Positions 29,386 to 46,740 of a stretch of 64,000 nt of DNA are shown one piece after another; position 1 is the first letter of the stretch, and every line of letters starts with the position of its first letter. This DNA comes from the human T2T-CHM13v2.0 reference genome, Homo sapiens, in the NCBI RefSeq assembly GCF_009914755.1, contig NC_060937.1. The stretch is one strand, 5' to 3'. The notes beneath the pieces are model-generated. The model was not told the DNA's origin, made no database searches, and was given only the letters and a program-made list of their open reading frames with translations. Made by a program: the position numbers and the translations under genes.

Positions 29386-31997
29386 ATATATACATACATA
29401 CATAAAACCATACCAATTGAATCAAACTCATTCATGATGCTTAAAGTTTAGGGCAGATAAGGATACACTAAATTTAAAATGGTGTTTATTATACCTTCAC
29501 CCATTTTTGTTTTAAAAAATTCTTTTAAAAGAAGTGAGAAGATTCCCTTAAGTATGTTACTTGTGTAATTCTCTGCCACAAGTTACAGAGAAGTTTCTAG
29601 CATTCCAGAAATAATTTAATGGCTTCTCTTAAGAGTCCAGAATTCTCTATCAGGTATTTTTATCCCAAGCATGTCTTTATAATTTCGAGCTGTAAGTTGA
29701 CTTTTTTTCCCATCATGTTCTAGGATTTGTCTATCCAGCTTGGAGGATTTTTTTGGTTTGTTTGTTTGTTTTGTTTTGGGGTGGGGGAGAGAAGTTTGAA
29801 ATTTCAATCTTTTTTCTTTTCCCACGGAAAATGGCAACATAATCAGACATCATTATTACTCTAGACTCATTTCCCATATTTAGAGATACCATAGATGGGA
29901 TTAATGATGATCATTTAGGAAGAAAGGTTGAAGTAGACAAGATCTGATGAGGATGTGGTAATCAGAGTGTGCAGATGGGTAGAAATTCTACAGGAGAAAA
30001 CGCCCCATTAGCAGCTTAGCAATTAAATTCATTTCTCTTAAGAGCAGATGTGGAATATTCCTTATTGCATATAGTGCATGTTTGAAAGAACATGTAGGGA
30101 CAAGCAGTTGGGGACAGTTATTTTCTAAGTCATATATGAAAATAAACTAATTAATTGTGGAAGATCTATTTTGGATTTTTCATTTTGTTCAGAAAAGGCT
30201 TTAACTTTCATTCTCTGATAGCAGAGCTCTTGGGATTTTTTTTTTTTTTTTTTTGGCTCTCTCACTAAGATTAAAATAAGTTCTACCATTAAAGCCCTTT
30301 CCCTGTCTGACCATACAAAGAAAGTAAGGAGCACAACCTTGCTGGAGTGGTTGACCAGATTATAATGAAGGGGACCACAGGTCAGGAAAAGTCTTTGCTC
30401 ATCATCAAAAATCTCTTTGACTTTTTATTTCCAAGCTCTTTGAAAATGCTAAGTCAAAGTGTTAGGTTCATGCGACTTCCAAAATGTGTTGTGCTGAGCT
30501 GAGTCAAGAACTCTTCCTGCTGTCATGTGTATTCTCCAAACCAATCACTTGTCAGGTGTGTTGCCTACCATTTATTATGGATCTCCATTATAATTTCTCT
30601 TCAGATGACTAAATACAGCACCATTACTTATGGGCTCTCACATCCAGCTGGCCTCTGTTCCGATTTAATGCTCCTGTTGGTCTGGATTTTAAACAGTCTT
30701 GTTTGTAATTTCTGAAGTCTATCAGTCTGAGGAGGAAAACTGTGACTGATGTGCAAATTGTGTACTCCATTATGCTTTGCATTATTCATTTTCATTATTC
30801 ACACCATGGTGCATTTCTTGGCAGAAGCAGAGAATTTTGAAAAAGTACATTCCCGGTGGTGTGGGTGCTATTTGAAACATACAGTGATTTTCTACTTTGA
30901 TTTCATTAGGGCTCATCTATTTCTGGTTTGTGGTCCTGTTGACCTATGTGGGTTTGCATAGCTAATAGTAAATATAAAGGGAAAAGAAAAAGAAAAAGGC
31001 TTTTTAGTGAATCTCAAAAAATAAGGAACTAGTTTCCAGACTATAGTGTGTTGAGGGCAAACCCTCGCCTGTGACATGAGTTCCTTTCATTGATGAAAAT
31101 AACATTGACTCCAGTACTCCAGTACTCAGTTAGGATGGAGCTTTTGTTTGTTTTTCTTCAGCTTTAGAGAATGGTTGACCAAAGGCCTCAGGTGTGAGAA
31201 TGTTAAATTGTGAGCAACTCTGCCTTCCTTGTGAGTTGTGGGATAATTTGGGGGCTAACCAATTTCCACCTGGAAATGTTCAAGCATTTTGTTTTGCATT
31301 TCTTAACACCATTCTTCTACTCTTCATTTTTGTGAAAATATTTTAGTTACAGATAAATTTCTTTTGGTTAAATGCTACAGATACCTTACCTGAATCAGTC
31401 CCACTGACGCTAATTAAGGTGCAAGAGAATCAATGCTACACTTCTTTCTTCTGTTGCAGAATTGTATCTTGATGATTATTTCAGGATTGCCATGGCCTCA
31501 AATCATCTAACTTTTTGTAGTTCCCTTTGATTTTTTAGCTTCAGTACAGAAAAGATCAATTTCCTCTCTTTGAGTGCTCATGTTTTCCTGGAGGTCACCT
31601 TAAACCACCTTTGGCTTTGACTTTAATCACAGCACACTTTCCTCTGTTCCTGGATTGCTTTTCTTTCTTTCTGTGAATATTTATCATCTTTCAAATTGTT
31701 GCAGAATTCTGTCTAGCTCATCATGCTATCTCTTTGCCAAAAGGAGTATATCTGTATCCTCAATGGAAGGTACAGCACAGAAGCGTGTTTTCCGCAGAAA
31801 TCTAGATTGAAAATAAATGAGAGAAAATAAGTATTTCGCTGGAGAAAACTAGCCTTATACGACTACCTTATGGGAGGTGATTTCATCAATTTAATGAAGA
31901 CATTTTTGGTATGAACTGTGAGCCTGGCATTGTGTTAGATGCTGAGAAGCAGAGATAACTAAGGCACTATTTCTGCCATCGTAGAGCATCAGATCAC

Positions 31998-32460
31998 TGT
32001 GGTTCAACTTTTATGCAACAAAGGTTTGAGTTGCTTTTCAGTTGCCATGGCCCATCAGAAAGAAGTTCTTCTAAGCTGAGAATGCTCAGCTGAGCCAAGT
32101 ATGCAAACCACAAGTGGAACCTATGTGCTCAGACCCAGGAATGGGACTGATTTAGGAAGTAGACACTATGTGGTGGGTTATAAGGACCAATCAGATTGAG
32201 CCCTGGAGTCACCTGTTGGCAGGATCTAGTCAGAGTATGCCTCCTGGTATCACCCAATGGCAATATCCAATCAGATTATGCCTCATCACCCACTGTTATA
32301 AAACCTGCCCCAACCCCCAGCTTGGGGAGACAGATTTGAGCGTTTCCTCCTATCTCCTTGCCACTCAGCTCACAATAAACTTTTCTTGCTGCAAAACCCC
32401 CATGCTTTGGTGTTTGGCTTTCTGCTGTGCATTGGCAAACAACAGACCCAGTCTGGTATG
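31998..32460 (+). mobile_element. ERV solo LTR, family uncertain
   Basis: Paired ccaatcagatt boxes, TATAAAA at ~32298, ggggagacagatttgagc and AATAAA at ~32374 form a typical U3-R-U5 layout. Confidence 0.65.
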
Positions 32461-32739
32461 CTAAATAAAGGAGAAAAACACCAAAATGGAGCAATCATGG
32501 AATATAATAGTTCTGCAGTAATGTGTGTACTGAGTATCCTGAGAATAGAGAAGAGTCTACCCTGTCTGACATTCCTTTAACTGGATGGCCAATGGTAATT
32601 TGAGACAATCCCACCATAACTAGCCTAAAATATGAATATCCAAGGTCACATAAAATAAAATAACTACTCAATTTCAGGTATAAATGACCTATGTACAATC
32701 TCTTTGCTTTTAATTACTGTGAGGCATATCGGCATGTGA

Positions 32740-33051
<312 letters not shown>

Positions 33052-33847
33052 TGGCATGTGATTTTTAAAATGACACTCTTCTTAAAAAGTTCATGGGCTC
33101 AAAAAAATTGATATTCTCATCTCTAAAGACTAACTAAAGTCTCATCTCTAAAGACTAACAGGTAAGAAACACTAATTGTGTGCAATTTGAAGTAAAAAAA
33201 AAAAAAAAAAAAGGTGGGCTATGAGAAGTGTTGAAGACCCAAGAAAATGAAGGCATGAAAGAGGCATTTTATTGTTTATCCTGTAAAGTGTATTGGCATA
33301 ACATTTTTTTTTAACAGCAACAACTAAACAGTGTCCACATTAGATCCTTTTTTGACAGTAGATTTACATGAATGTGGCAGCCGAGATAGGACAAAAAGAG
33401 AGGCTAAAAAATTAAATAGATCTGTGTCTATTTTACAATTTTGCCTAGGGCCAACCCTGTTTCATAAATATAAGTGACTTGGACTTCACATCTTGTTGAT
33501 TGAAAAAATTGCATTGTATTGTGACATTATTTTTAAAATGGTGTAAATAGAATAAGTGTTTATATAGTTGATAAAATTTCACTCTCACATGTGATATAAA
33601 ACACACGTGTCATATAAATAAATGCACAAAGTGATTCTGAGAAGGTAATCCTCCAAAATGCGGCAGCAGTTACTTTTTATGTTGGAGATGGGGAGCTTTT
33701 TATTTTCTTCATTAAACTTTTATTTTCCTTGAATTCAAAAAAAATCATTCAAATACAACATTATACACTAGGTATTGGCACTATTATCTGAATATATAAA
33801 ATACAGCCAAAGCATATGTAATTTTTCCCTCACCAACATATATCATT

Positions 33848-34580
33848 GTTTTTATTTCTTCTAAAAAAAAGGGGATACATGTGCAGAACATGCGAGTTTG
33901 TTACATAGGTATACATGTGCCATGGTCGTTTGCTGCACCTACTGACCTGTCCTCTAAGTTCCCTCCCCTCACCCCCAACAGGCCCTGATGTGTGTTGTTC
34001 CCCTCTCTGTGTCCACGTGTTCTCAATGTTCAACTCCCACTTATGAGAACATGTGGTGTTTGGTTTGTGTTCCTGTGTTAGTTTGCTAAGGATGATGACT
34101 TCCATCTTTATCCATGTCCCTGCAAAGGACATGATCTCATTCCTTTTTATGGCTGCATAGTATTCCATGGTGTATATGGACGACATTTTCTTTATCCAGT
34201 CTATCATTGGTGGGCATTTTGGTTGGTTCCAAGTCTTTGCTATTGTGAACACTGCTGCAGTAAACATACTTGTGCATGTGTCTTTATAGTAGTATGCTTT
34301 ATATTCCTTTGGTTGTATACTCAGTAATGGGATTGCTGGGTCAAATGGTATTTCTGGTTTTAGATCCTTGAGGAATTGGCACACTGTCTTCCACAATGGC
34401 TGAACTAATTTACATTCCCACCAACAGTGTAAAAGCGTTCCTATTTCTCCATAGCCTTGCCAGTTTCTATTGTTTCCTGACTTTTTAATAATCGCCTTTC
34501 TGACAGGTGTGAGATGGTATCTCGTTGTGGTTTTGATTTGCATTTCTCTGATGATCAGTGATATTGAGCTTTTTTAATAT
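33848..34580 (-). mobile_element. 5'-truncated L1PA8-like element
   Basis: ORF2 C-terminus ([14 protein letters not shown]...TMEYYAAIK) plus 3'UTR. TSD AACATATATCATT at 33835-33847 and 34585-34597. Confidence 0.93.
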
Positions 34581-34714
34581 AACAAACATATATCATTTTT
34601 AACAACCAAGAATAACAATACTATTAGATAGACGGAAAAATAGAGCAATAATAATTTTTTAAACTCGAAGAGATTTAATATACTCTGGGGACACTTAAAA
34701 AATAAATATTTGAA

Positions 34715-34978
<264 letters not shown>

Positions 34979-36399
34979 TTAAAAATAGTCTCATATTGCA
35001 TGGATGTTGAGCCCCGAGGAAATTAGAATGAGTCTTTTAACAACATGATAATCTCTTTTCCCAATATTTTACCTATTTGTTTAGGTTAGGAATTCTTCTG
35101 TGATTAAACTATATTTCTATTTTCTTATGGGTATATACTTTCTCTTTTTTTCAGTTTTGCACTTCATTTGGAAGCGGGAGGTAGGGGGCCTTGATAAATA
35201 CAGGTGAGCTGGAGAAAGTTCACATAGATGACAAATTTTATGAAGCAATTTATAAGGTTAATTTAAGTAATAGAAAAACACAGGAGGAGGGTTGAATTGC
35301 ATGTTACAACATGGCTGATAATGGAAAGATTAAATTAAAAAACAGAACAGTAGAAGCATGTTTTAAAATAAATTATATATTAGAATTATTTCCCCAGGGA
35401 AGATATGTAGCGGTCAGTGCTAACAAACACTTTGAGAAACACTAAAACAACTTTTTTTAGTACATTCTTCAGCAAAGTGTGTATGTGTGTGTGTGTGTGT
35501 GTATGTGATCACTTCAAAGAAATAAAAATCACAAAATCATGTGTTCAAGAATTTGTTTAACTCCTAGCATTACCAACTTTGTTAATATCAAATGTTTTGG
35601 AGTTATATGTTTCTTTCATTAAATGATAATGTGTGAATGAAGAAAAATGCATGGAATGATAAGCAGTGATAAGGAAATTTGCGCTCAGCATCTAAGAAAG
35701 CCTGAATATTTTTCCTACAAAATCTTTCCTGTAGTGAGTACTTTGTAATCGTTTAAAGCCATCACTTTTTGAAAATGAAGTGGACCAAGATTTTGGTTAC
35801 AGAATGTCTTCTTCCTCTAAAGAACTTAGTTTTTAATTAAATTATTATTTTTAAATAAATTACATATTATTTGATTTATTAATAAACATACATGTAGATC
35901 CTGTGGATGTTCCTAATAATGCTGTAGCAGCTTATACACATACACACACAAACACAATAGTAGTTTGTCTTTAGAGGACCTGTGGCCAGATTAAACTTAT
36001 TTATGTACCGCTTCTTAGAGTAGAAATAATTTAAGCAAATTTCCGAAATTCTACTACCACACAGGAATGCCTTTCCCTCTAAACTGAGTGGCAGTCACAT
36101 TTCTAAAGTTTACACTGAACAATCAAGGCTCATAAGATACAACCAGAATATAATTCATCCCCTATTACCAATAAAACTACCCTGGGGGATTGTTTCTTAA
36201 AATTTTGGGGTGGTTCCATGACTTTTGGGGTCTCTTGGAAAATCAGAGCTTCTGGTTACTTCAGTCACAGAAAAAGGAAAAAACCCTCAATTTAGTAATT
36301 AATGTATATATTCCAGTGTGATAATTGAAACTCTGAACTTCATTGAAAGCTCAATTTTTACCCTGTTTTGAGCTAGAGCTTGTTTGAGTTGAACTGCTG

Positions 36400-37020
36400 C
36401 AAGGGAGAAAGAGGGCATGAGAAGTTTCTCTTCTAGGTTCTTGTATATTGCTCCTGACCCTACTTGTCCAGTATCTCGATGCCTCTAACTCCTTCATGGT
36501 TGAAGGCTGGCAAGAACAGATTTTACTTGACCATGAATTTGGCATTGGATGTATTTGACCATGATTGATGTTTAAACTGAACCTTGTCCTTGCTGGTGGG
36601 CTCCTTGAGATTTCTCTCTTGGGCACCTCTGACTTCTGTGCTCTTGATATGTATAGTGCCCTTTCTTTAGCAGGCATCCTAAGACCCCCTGATTCTTAAT
36701 ATTAAGCTAATTTTTGCTGAGGTCTTCTTATCCTGCGCAGGAAGTCCTGAGCTGACATTCCTCCTACAAGTTACACATCTGGTTCATGGATCTGTCCTTG
36801 GTGGAGATGTACATATGGTCCTTGACCTGTCCTTGGTGCGGATACAATCATTCTCCACATGGACTCTTCTGCTCCCATGCCACATATCTCCTCAGCCATC
36901 ATCTCACCATAAACCAGACATCCATCCAGTGCCTCCTCAAACTTCAGGCAACACATCCCACATACTCAAGTGATGTCTTTGAAGACCTCCTCACAATGTG
37001 TGAGATGAGAGAAAAGTTCT
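36400..37020 (-). pseudogene. Possible decayed PNMA/Gypsy gag-like relic
   Basis: Weak by-eye similarity of frameshifted peptides (KFEEALDGCLV...SMWRMIVSAP; QDFL; QDKKTSAKISLIL) to the PNMA N-terminal region. Confidence 0.25.
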
Positions 37021-39084
37021 TTTAATCCTTCCCAATGGTGGTAGGCTGTGAATGCAAAACCCTTACAACTGTCTCCAAAATAAAACTTTCCTTAGTTTCC
37101 ATCTCCTTGTACTCCTCTGCTTTAGTTCTTTAATAGCCTTAAAGTGACTATAAGGGGCCATGATCAGAAAATTATTTTATAAACTCTTTTGAATGTCTTG
37201 TTAAGTTGGTCTAGCATAGAAGTTGTTGGTAGCTATTGTCTTAAGACCTCATTAACTGAGTCAGAAAGTTTTGAATTTTGATATCCTGTTATGAATGTAT
37301 TTGTACATATCATTATGTTATGAGCACATACATGTATGTGTTATGCGTATGTGTGTATATGCTCTTTCTTTCTTTCAAACATACACCCAATTTGTGTTTA
37401 TATTAATACATTCTCTTGTACAGGCATTTATGAAGATGCCTCTCAGTGTAAACCCTGTTAGGAACTGGTTATACAAAATGGCTAAGACTTCTTCTTAAGA
37501 AATACAGGCTGGCAGGATGATAAACATAAAAGCAGATAAATACATTATAAAGTGAGAAATGCTGCTGGAAAGCTCTGTCAACTACTTGAAGGACAAAGAT
37601 TAGCCATGATGCATGGAGGATATGATCAAACAAGCATCATTAAACCAGTAACAGGTTAAAGTAAGGATCTTCAAGTTAATGGGCAGTAATTACAACTCCA
37701 CCCTATAAATAGCAGAGCATTCCTGGAACTACTAAAGAAGTGCATGTGTTACCTTTGTGTCATTATATTGATCCAAAATTTAGGGTTTCCTGCTTGTGTA
37801 TCCTCCTTCTACCCAATTTAACTGTGCAATACACTGAAAATGTCTCTCTTGCTGTCTCTTACCAAAGAGAAGCCTGACTTTAAGAAACCAGCCTAATCAG
37901 ACAGCTGTATATGTTAATCAAGAATAATATTGTTCTCTAGAATACAATTTTTAGTAAAACTGTATTGTAGAGATAGCTTAGTTGAAGTCTCCACATAAAA
38001 ACGTTTTGTTTTTCATCAAAATTCAGTAAAAAGGGAATCTGAATTGAGTGTCTTGTGACTTTGCAGATGAAAATCTGCAGACTCCAAGAAATTTACTCTT
38101 GAAAAATCAGTTCAATTGTAAGGAAAATGCTTACATATTGAGAATCTACTCAGAAACTGAGCAAAATTTAGGGTCAAATAATTCTCTTGAGTAAAGAAAA
38201 CAGTGATTAAAAAAAAGGAGTGAAATATTGCTCAATTTCTATTTGTTAATGAAAATGAGTTCATTTGTTTTTTTCAGATGCTTAAAAACATTGCCTTCCA
38301 GTTTAAAATAGAAATATTTTTCATTGAGTATAATGCTTAAAGAAATATTATACTTATCAAGTATAAATGCCACTGACTCTCTGAATTGTTTCTACATGTG
38401 CGTGTGTTGACTAATATTAACATTTTAATGTATGGTATTAATCTTTCATTAAGGATGTTATCTTAATACATTAACAATAAAAGTTAATGCTTTTTATTGG
38501 AAAGGCAATTACCATGGTTTAGATGGTAAAGCCATGATAAATTTTCAGGCCATGTTTTCTTATTTACTTTAAGAATAAATTTAGCATAATTAGTATCCTA
38601 ACTTGAACTTGAACTAGTGTGGTTGTCTGGAGACTTGCTGGAGAATTCACAGGATTTTTCCAGATATTTTAAGGTTGACTACAAATTAAAACCATATTTG
38701 TTTATGTAACTTAAAAGTACCTCTTAACAGGAATTACAAGAGGACAGTTTTAGTAAACTTGAAATATGTGAGAGTTTAAGATACAAATATGAAACCTGAG
38801 AAATATGGGGCTTACAAACTTGGAACAAGCTGTTTTTAGCATCTTAACCTCTAACAGTATCTGTATACCTTCATTAAAATGTCATACATCAATGTTTATA
38901 CATTCGTACACACAACTGAAACTAAGTCTATCAGATTTTAATTTCCAATTGGAAACATATTACAGCATATGAAATTTCTTTTCTCTATTAAATAAGAAAT
39001 GCAGCAAAAAATGGATTCCTATGATACTTCATCATCTGCTCATGCTGACATTTCAGAGTTCTTTTGTGAAGATTCTTTAAAAAA

Positions 39085-39752
39085 TTTTTTTTTATTATAC
39101 TTTAAGTTTTGGGTTACGTGCGCAGAACGTGCAGTTTTGTTACATAGGTATACACATGCCATGGTGGTTTGCTGCACCCATCAACCTGTCACCTACATTA
39201 GGTATTTCTCCTAATGTTATCCCTCCCCCAGCCGCCCCCTACCCCCCACAGGCCCTGGTGTGTGATGTTCCCCTCCTGTGTCCATGTGTTCTCACTGTTC
39301 AACTCCCACTTATGAGTGAGAACATGTGGTGTTTGGTTTTCTGATCTTGTGATAGTTTGCTGAGAATGATGGTTTCCAGCTTCATCCATGTCCCTGCAAA
39401 GGACGTGAACTCATCCTTTTCTATGGCTGCATAGTATTCTATGGTGTATATTTGCCACATTTTCTTAATCCAGTCTATCATTGATGGACACTTCTCAAAA
39501 GAAGACATTTATGCAGCCAAGAGACATGTGAAAAAATGTCCATCATCATTGGTCATTAGAGAAATGCAAATCAAAACCACAATGAGATACCATCTAATGC
39601 CAGTTAGAATGGTGATCATTAAAAAGTCAGGAAATGACAGATGCTGGAGAGGTTGTGGAAAAATAGGAACGCTTTTATGCTGTTGGTGGGAATGTAAATT
39701 ACTTCAACCATTGTGGAAGACAGTGTGGCGATTCCTCAAGTATCTAGAACTA
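39085..39752 (-). mobile_element. Short L1PA element with twin-priming inversion
   Basis: Antisense 3' end at 39085-~39490 and sense ORF2 piece at ~39487-39752. TSD GAAGATTCTT at 39068-39077 and 39753-39762. Confidence 0.93.
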
Positions 39753-40339
39753 GAAGATTCTTAAGGTAGCATACACTAAAGTGCTGTCCTCTGCTGTAGA
39801 TGGTGACATCATTGTTTGCTAAAGTGATATGATCTGATAAAATTCATCACAGCATTGATAGACCACCATACAGAAATCTACCCCATCTCTAAGTGGAACA
39901 AGCCATGGCTACAATGATGGGAAAAGGCCAGCCTTATCACTTGCCTACCATCGGCTGATAATTGAGCTTTTTTGCTTTACCTCTCTTTCTTTATCTTTTT
40001 TGCTTTTGGTTAATTAACGTTTTGTAAAGAAAAATTCAGAAAAAAAAGAAAGATGGTGAGATTCTTTCAAATTATTTATCCACTTATTATTTGGTTATTC
40101 CTAAGTACTTAAAACAAGTTTCTTTTCACTTACTTTTTAAAAAGTTTCCTTATCCTCTCAAACTTAACCTTAGCCTTTAGTTTTGTATCATCTACCAAAA
40201 AGCAAAGTGTTAATTTTTATTCTCTTTTGATAGTTCTCCTACCCCTGATCATTTTTGTTAGTTTTTTCTCTTCTTTTGCATACCATTCAAATGTTCATGT
40301 CATTCAGCATTCTTCCTTTAGTTCTCCCCCCCTCCACCC

Positions 40340-42960
<2,621 letters not shown>

Positions 42961-43208
42961 AATTACCATTAATGTAAGTTAAATCTATATCATTCTGAAT
43001 CTTGTCATAATAGAGTTAACTTTCTGGATAAATCTGATTACTAAGAGAAACATAGCATTCTATATTATTCAGAGATGTGTGTTGTAATCATTCTGTCTTC
43101 TGTTGAATTGTAGTCTTGAGAATATAAGTAATTATGAAAAACTACATTTGTTAGAATGTTTCTTTTTGAAAGAAGTGTTTGTTCAGTTAAAGTTGTAAAC
43201 CCATGGTT

Positions 43209-43805
43209 GTGGAGTTAAAATATGTGCACATATTCTTAGCTACGCCTCCTTTCAACAGGTGGAACTTGATTATTTCCCTTTGAGTGTGGGCTGTGCTTAG
43301 TGACTTATATTTAATGAATAAAATGTGGCAGAAATGGCAGTGTAGTTCTGAAGACTGGATCATAAAAGGCACTATGGTTGGGGCTTTTCTCTCTCTGTCT
43401 GTCTGTGTGTCTCTCATTTCTTCTCTCTTTGATCATGTGCTATCAGGGAAGTTAGATACCATGTCATGAGGACCTTTCTTACCATCAAAGATCCACATGG
43501 TAAGAAACTGGGGCCTTTGGTCAACATCCAGCAAAGAATTGAGGCTTCCAGCCACAGTGAGTGAGCATTCTTGGGACAGAGAATGAGCATTCTAGGGAAG
43601 CAGATTCTCCAGCCCCAGTCAAGCCTTCAGATGACTGCAGTCTTGGCCACCATCTTGACTCTATATTAATGTGAAACTCTACACCAGAAATACTCATCTA
43701 ATTCCTGGATCCCTGACTCTCAGAAACTGTATGAGACAATAAGTATTTATTATTTTAATCTGCTACATTTTGAAGTAATTCCTGATGCAAAAAAATAAAT
43801 AATAC
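43209..43805 (+). mobile_element. MLT1F-like LTR
   Basis: gagtgtgggctg...ttagtgactt, ccagccccagtcaagccttcagatgactgcag, cagaaactgtatgagacaataa; ends aataca. Confidence 0.8.
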
Positions 43806-45546
43806 ACAATATCATTTTTGTCATAGAGGTTTGATTATGATTAAATATAACCAGTGTAAAAATTTACCTCTTTACTACCATCTTACTGATCTCATAAAAA
43901 GTCAAACAGTAAAAAGATTATATAGATTACCTTACATTTGAGAATATGTATAAAGCATTCTTCTTTGCAAAATTACTTTATCAATAAAATAGACAATTAA
44001 CAAATTAATTATAAAATGCCTTACAGAGTCTCTTCTATAGGGGTGAAAATATGAGGGAAAGACAGGAAGTGAAAATTAACATTATGCTTGCTGGGTAGGG
44101 TAGGTGTCAGCCTCTCTAGAGTAAAAGGCAAAAAAATGAAGAAAAAGCCAAATCATTTGCCTTTAAGCAATTAGTTACTAAGAATTTCTTTGAAAAATAC
44201 TACTTATAAGTTTATTTCATAGTTCACCTTAGATTACCTGTAATTTCAATTGAATTCAAATCGAGATTTACTGTTTGCCAGGAACTGAGTTAAAGATTCA
44301 AAGATAAGCAAGACTTGGACCATTTCCTGGAAGAGTCTAGTAGGGGAATGAGAGCATCAGAAGATAATCAATAAATGTATTCTATACTATATATATATGG
44401 CCAACTGGAGGCACCTTTATGATATATGCAGGCTAATTCTGGGCCATTGCAATAGGCCATGCAACTAACAGGATAGAAAGCATATCTAAAAAGCAACTTG
44501 CAAGTCGATTCAATGTTCTCCTGTTAACTCATAGGAAGTGATTCTTGTGGTTTCAAGGATATCATGAGGTTGCCCCTTGTGCCTTAAATATCAGTAATAA
44601 TTTTCCCTTTCAACTCTTGGCGTTCCATTCTTCATCCACAAAAACAGCTGAAGATGTGGTAGCAGAGAACAACAAATCATCCTGTTGGCTCCTGCCATCA
44701 CCTGATGACAGAAGAAGAGCTGTCAGATCGTGTTTATAAGCACTACTGATTCCTGCTGGTCATGCTGTTGTAGGACCACCTGAGTCCCCCCAAGGGAAAA
44801 AGGTTTTGAGGCCATCTCCTAGCAACAACAAATGGAATAACTTAATACCAAGCATTTACTTTCTTTGCCTAAAATTCAGCTTCATTATATCAGAAGAGAA
44901 AGATGAGGGAGAAGGAGCAATGAAACAAAAAAAGTGGATGGAGAAGGAAAAGACAGTAAAAAGGAGGAGTGGAAAGAAGGTTGCAGATGCTTGAGCTCAG
45001 TATATAGGACAATTGGGGAAACATTTGAAAGCTATTTCCTTAGGTAAATAACTCAACCTCAACCAGAGCAATTGATGAAACCCTTGCCTTTCCTGAGACA
45101 ATTTTGTTCCCAGCATAGTTCTTGGCGGGGGGGGTTCAGAAATTGTCCCTGAGGCAGGTGTCAACTATGTCAGCTCCTTTCTTCATAGCTGTGAGCTGAT
45201 AGTTTCACATCCTTCCTGTTTCCACCACATAACTCTTTTCCAACCTACAGTTTTCTTTCCCTTTTGAAACTGCTAATGAAGCAGAGAGAGGGAAGCTGAT
45301 GCTCACTACTTCCCCGTGCAGGGCCCGTTTTAGGTACTGTGGTCTCTGTCACTGTGACCTGGGCAAAAGATATGAGGCTGTACCATATAGGACAGAGGAT
45401 TCTATAGGAGCTTTGTGGCAGGCCCATTCTTATACGGTACCTGCACACACTCTGCTGCATGGAGGCCAAGATATGCATTGATGTGTAATTCCTTTGTGCC
45501 ATTGTTCTGGTGTGGTGGTCAGATTTGTCTGCTACAGCCTAGCCTA

Positions 45547-45715
45547 GCTGTTCTCAAACTGGAACATGTATGAGAATTACCTTCAGGGTTTGTTAGTACA
45601 CAGACAGGTGGGTCCTGATCTCAGAGTTTCTGATTCAGTAGATTTGGGGCAGACTCAGGAATTTGCATTTCTAACCAGTGCCTATGCGATGTTGATACTG
45701 TTTGTTTAGGCCATT
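45547..45715. mobile_element. MER5A (hAT-Charlie MITE)
   Basis: gttctcaaact...cagagtttctgattcagtag...ggaatttgcatttctaac. Confidence 0.8.
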
Positions 45716-46468
45716 AATATAGAATCTCTCTCCTTAATAATCACTGGCCTAAGCCATAGTGATGAGCTTGCCATTCTCTAAGCTTCTGTTTAGTGACACT
45801 GCAGTTTTCTTCTATTTTCTTTCTACCAGAGGCCGAGAGGTCCAGGGAATACCCCTATATTCTTCTTGGGGATTTTTTTTTTTTTTTTTTTTGCTTGTTG
45901 CCTGTTGACATTAAGAGTCACATAGTATCTGGATGGAGAGAGAGAAAAGGGCCCCTCACAGCAGTGGTGAGAATGACTTGGCAGTTGGTTTTTGAATGTT
46001 CCATGGTGCAGTTGGTGTGCTTCACAGTCTTCACCCAAGCCCCATTCAGAATAGTTTCTCCTACTCTTTTCACAGTAAAAGGCAAGCAGGGGGTTTTGTA
46101 TTTCCAAAAGTATACATGAGTAAAGACTACTTTGTTGTCATCTTTCTGGCTAAATGTGTGAACCTGATTCAGCAGCATATTCTCAAATATCTCAGTATCA
46201 TTTGGGACGTATGTCTGAAGGCCTCCCCACTGAATCCTCCGTGAGCGTAGATTTATTTCAGGTTTGCAGATCATTGCATAGGCTTCTTTCAAGTGCCAAA
46301 GTTCACACTAACTTTCTTGCACATTTTCAATCATATTCCTATGAAAGTTATGCTTTTTTGCTTACTTCTAAGGTTTAAAATAACCAATTGTTTAAAAAAC
46401 ACACTTTTTCTTGATCTTTGATTACTTCCTTTCCAAATCATCTCATGTGCTCTGTAATACTCTGAATT

Positions 46469-46518
<50 letters not shown>
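46469..46518. repeat. (CA)n microsatellite
   Basis: Directly visible. Similar arrays occur at ~35477-35507, 57113-57150 and 59205-59243. Confidence 0.95.
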
Positions 46519-46519
<1 letters not shown>

Positions 46520-46520
<1 letters not shown>

Positions 46521-46740
46521 TTTTTATTTAAGTTCTAGGGTACATGTGCACAACGCGCAGGTTTGTTACATATGTATACATGTGCCATGTTTGTGTGCTG
46601 CACCCATTAACTCGTCATTTACATTAGGTATATCTCTTAATGCTATCCCTCCCTCCTCCCCCCCACCCCACAACAGGCTCTGGTGTGTGATGTTCCCCTT
46701 CCTGTGTCCAAGTGTTCTCATTGTTCAATTCCCACCTATG
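46520..46740 (-). mobile_element. Young L1PA 3'UTR fragment (~220 bp)
   Basis: ttaagttctagggtacatgtgcacaacg...ttgttcaattcccacctatg. Confidence 0.9.

Noticed and set aside
33830-34543. Longest ORF in the window (237 aa)
   Set aside because: L1 ORF2 C-terminus reading into the 3'UTR after a frameshift.
45918-46292. 124-aa minus-strand ORF in non-repeat DNA
   Set aside because: Non-ATG start, no recognisable motif and no convincing splice signals; compatible with chance.
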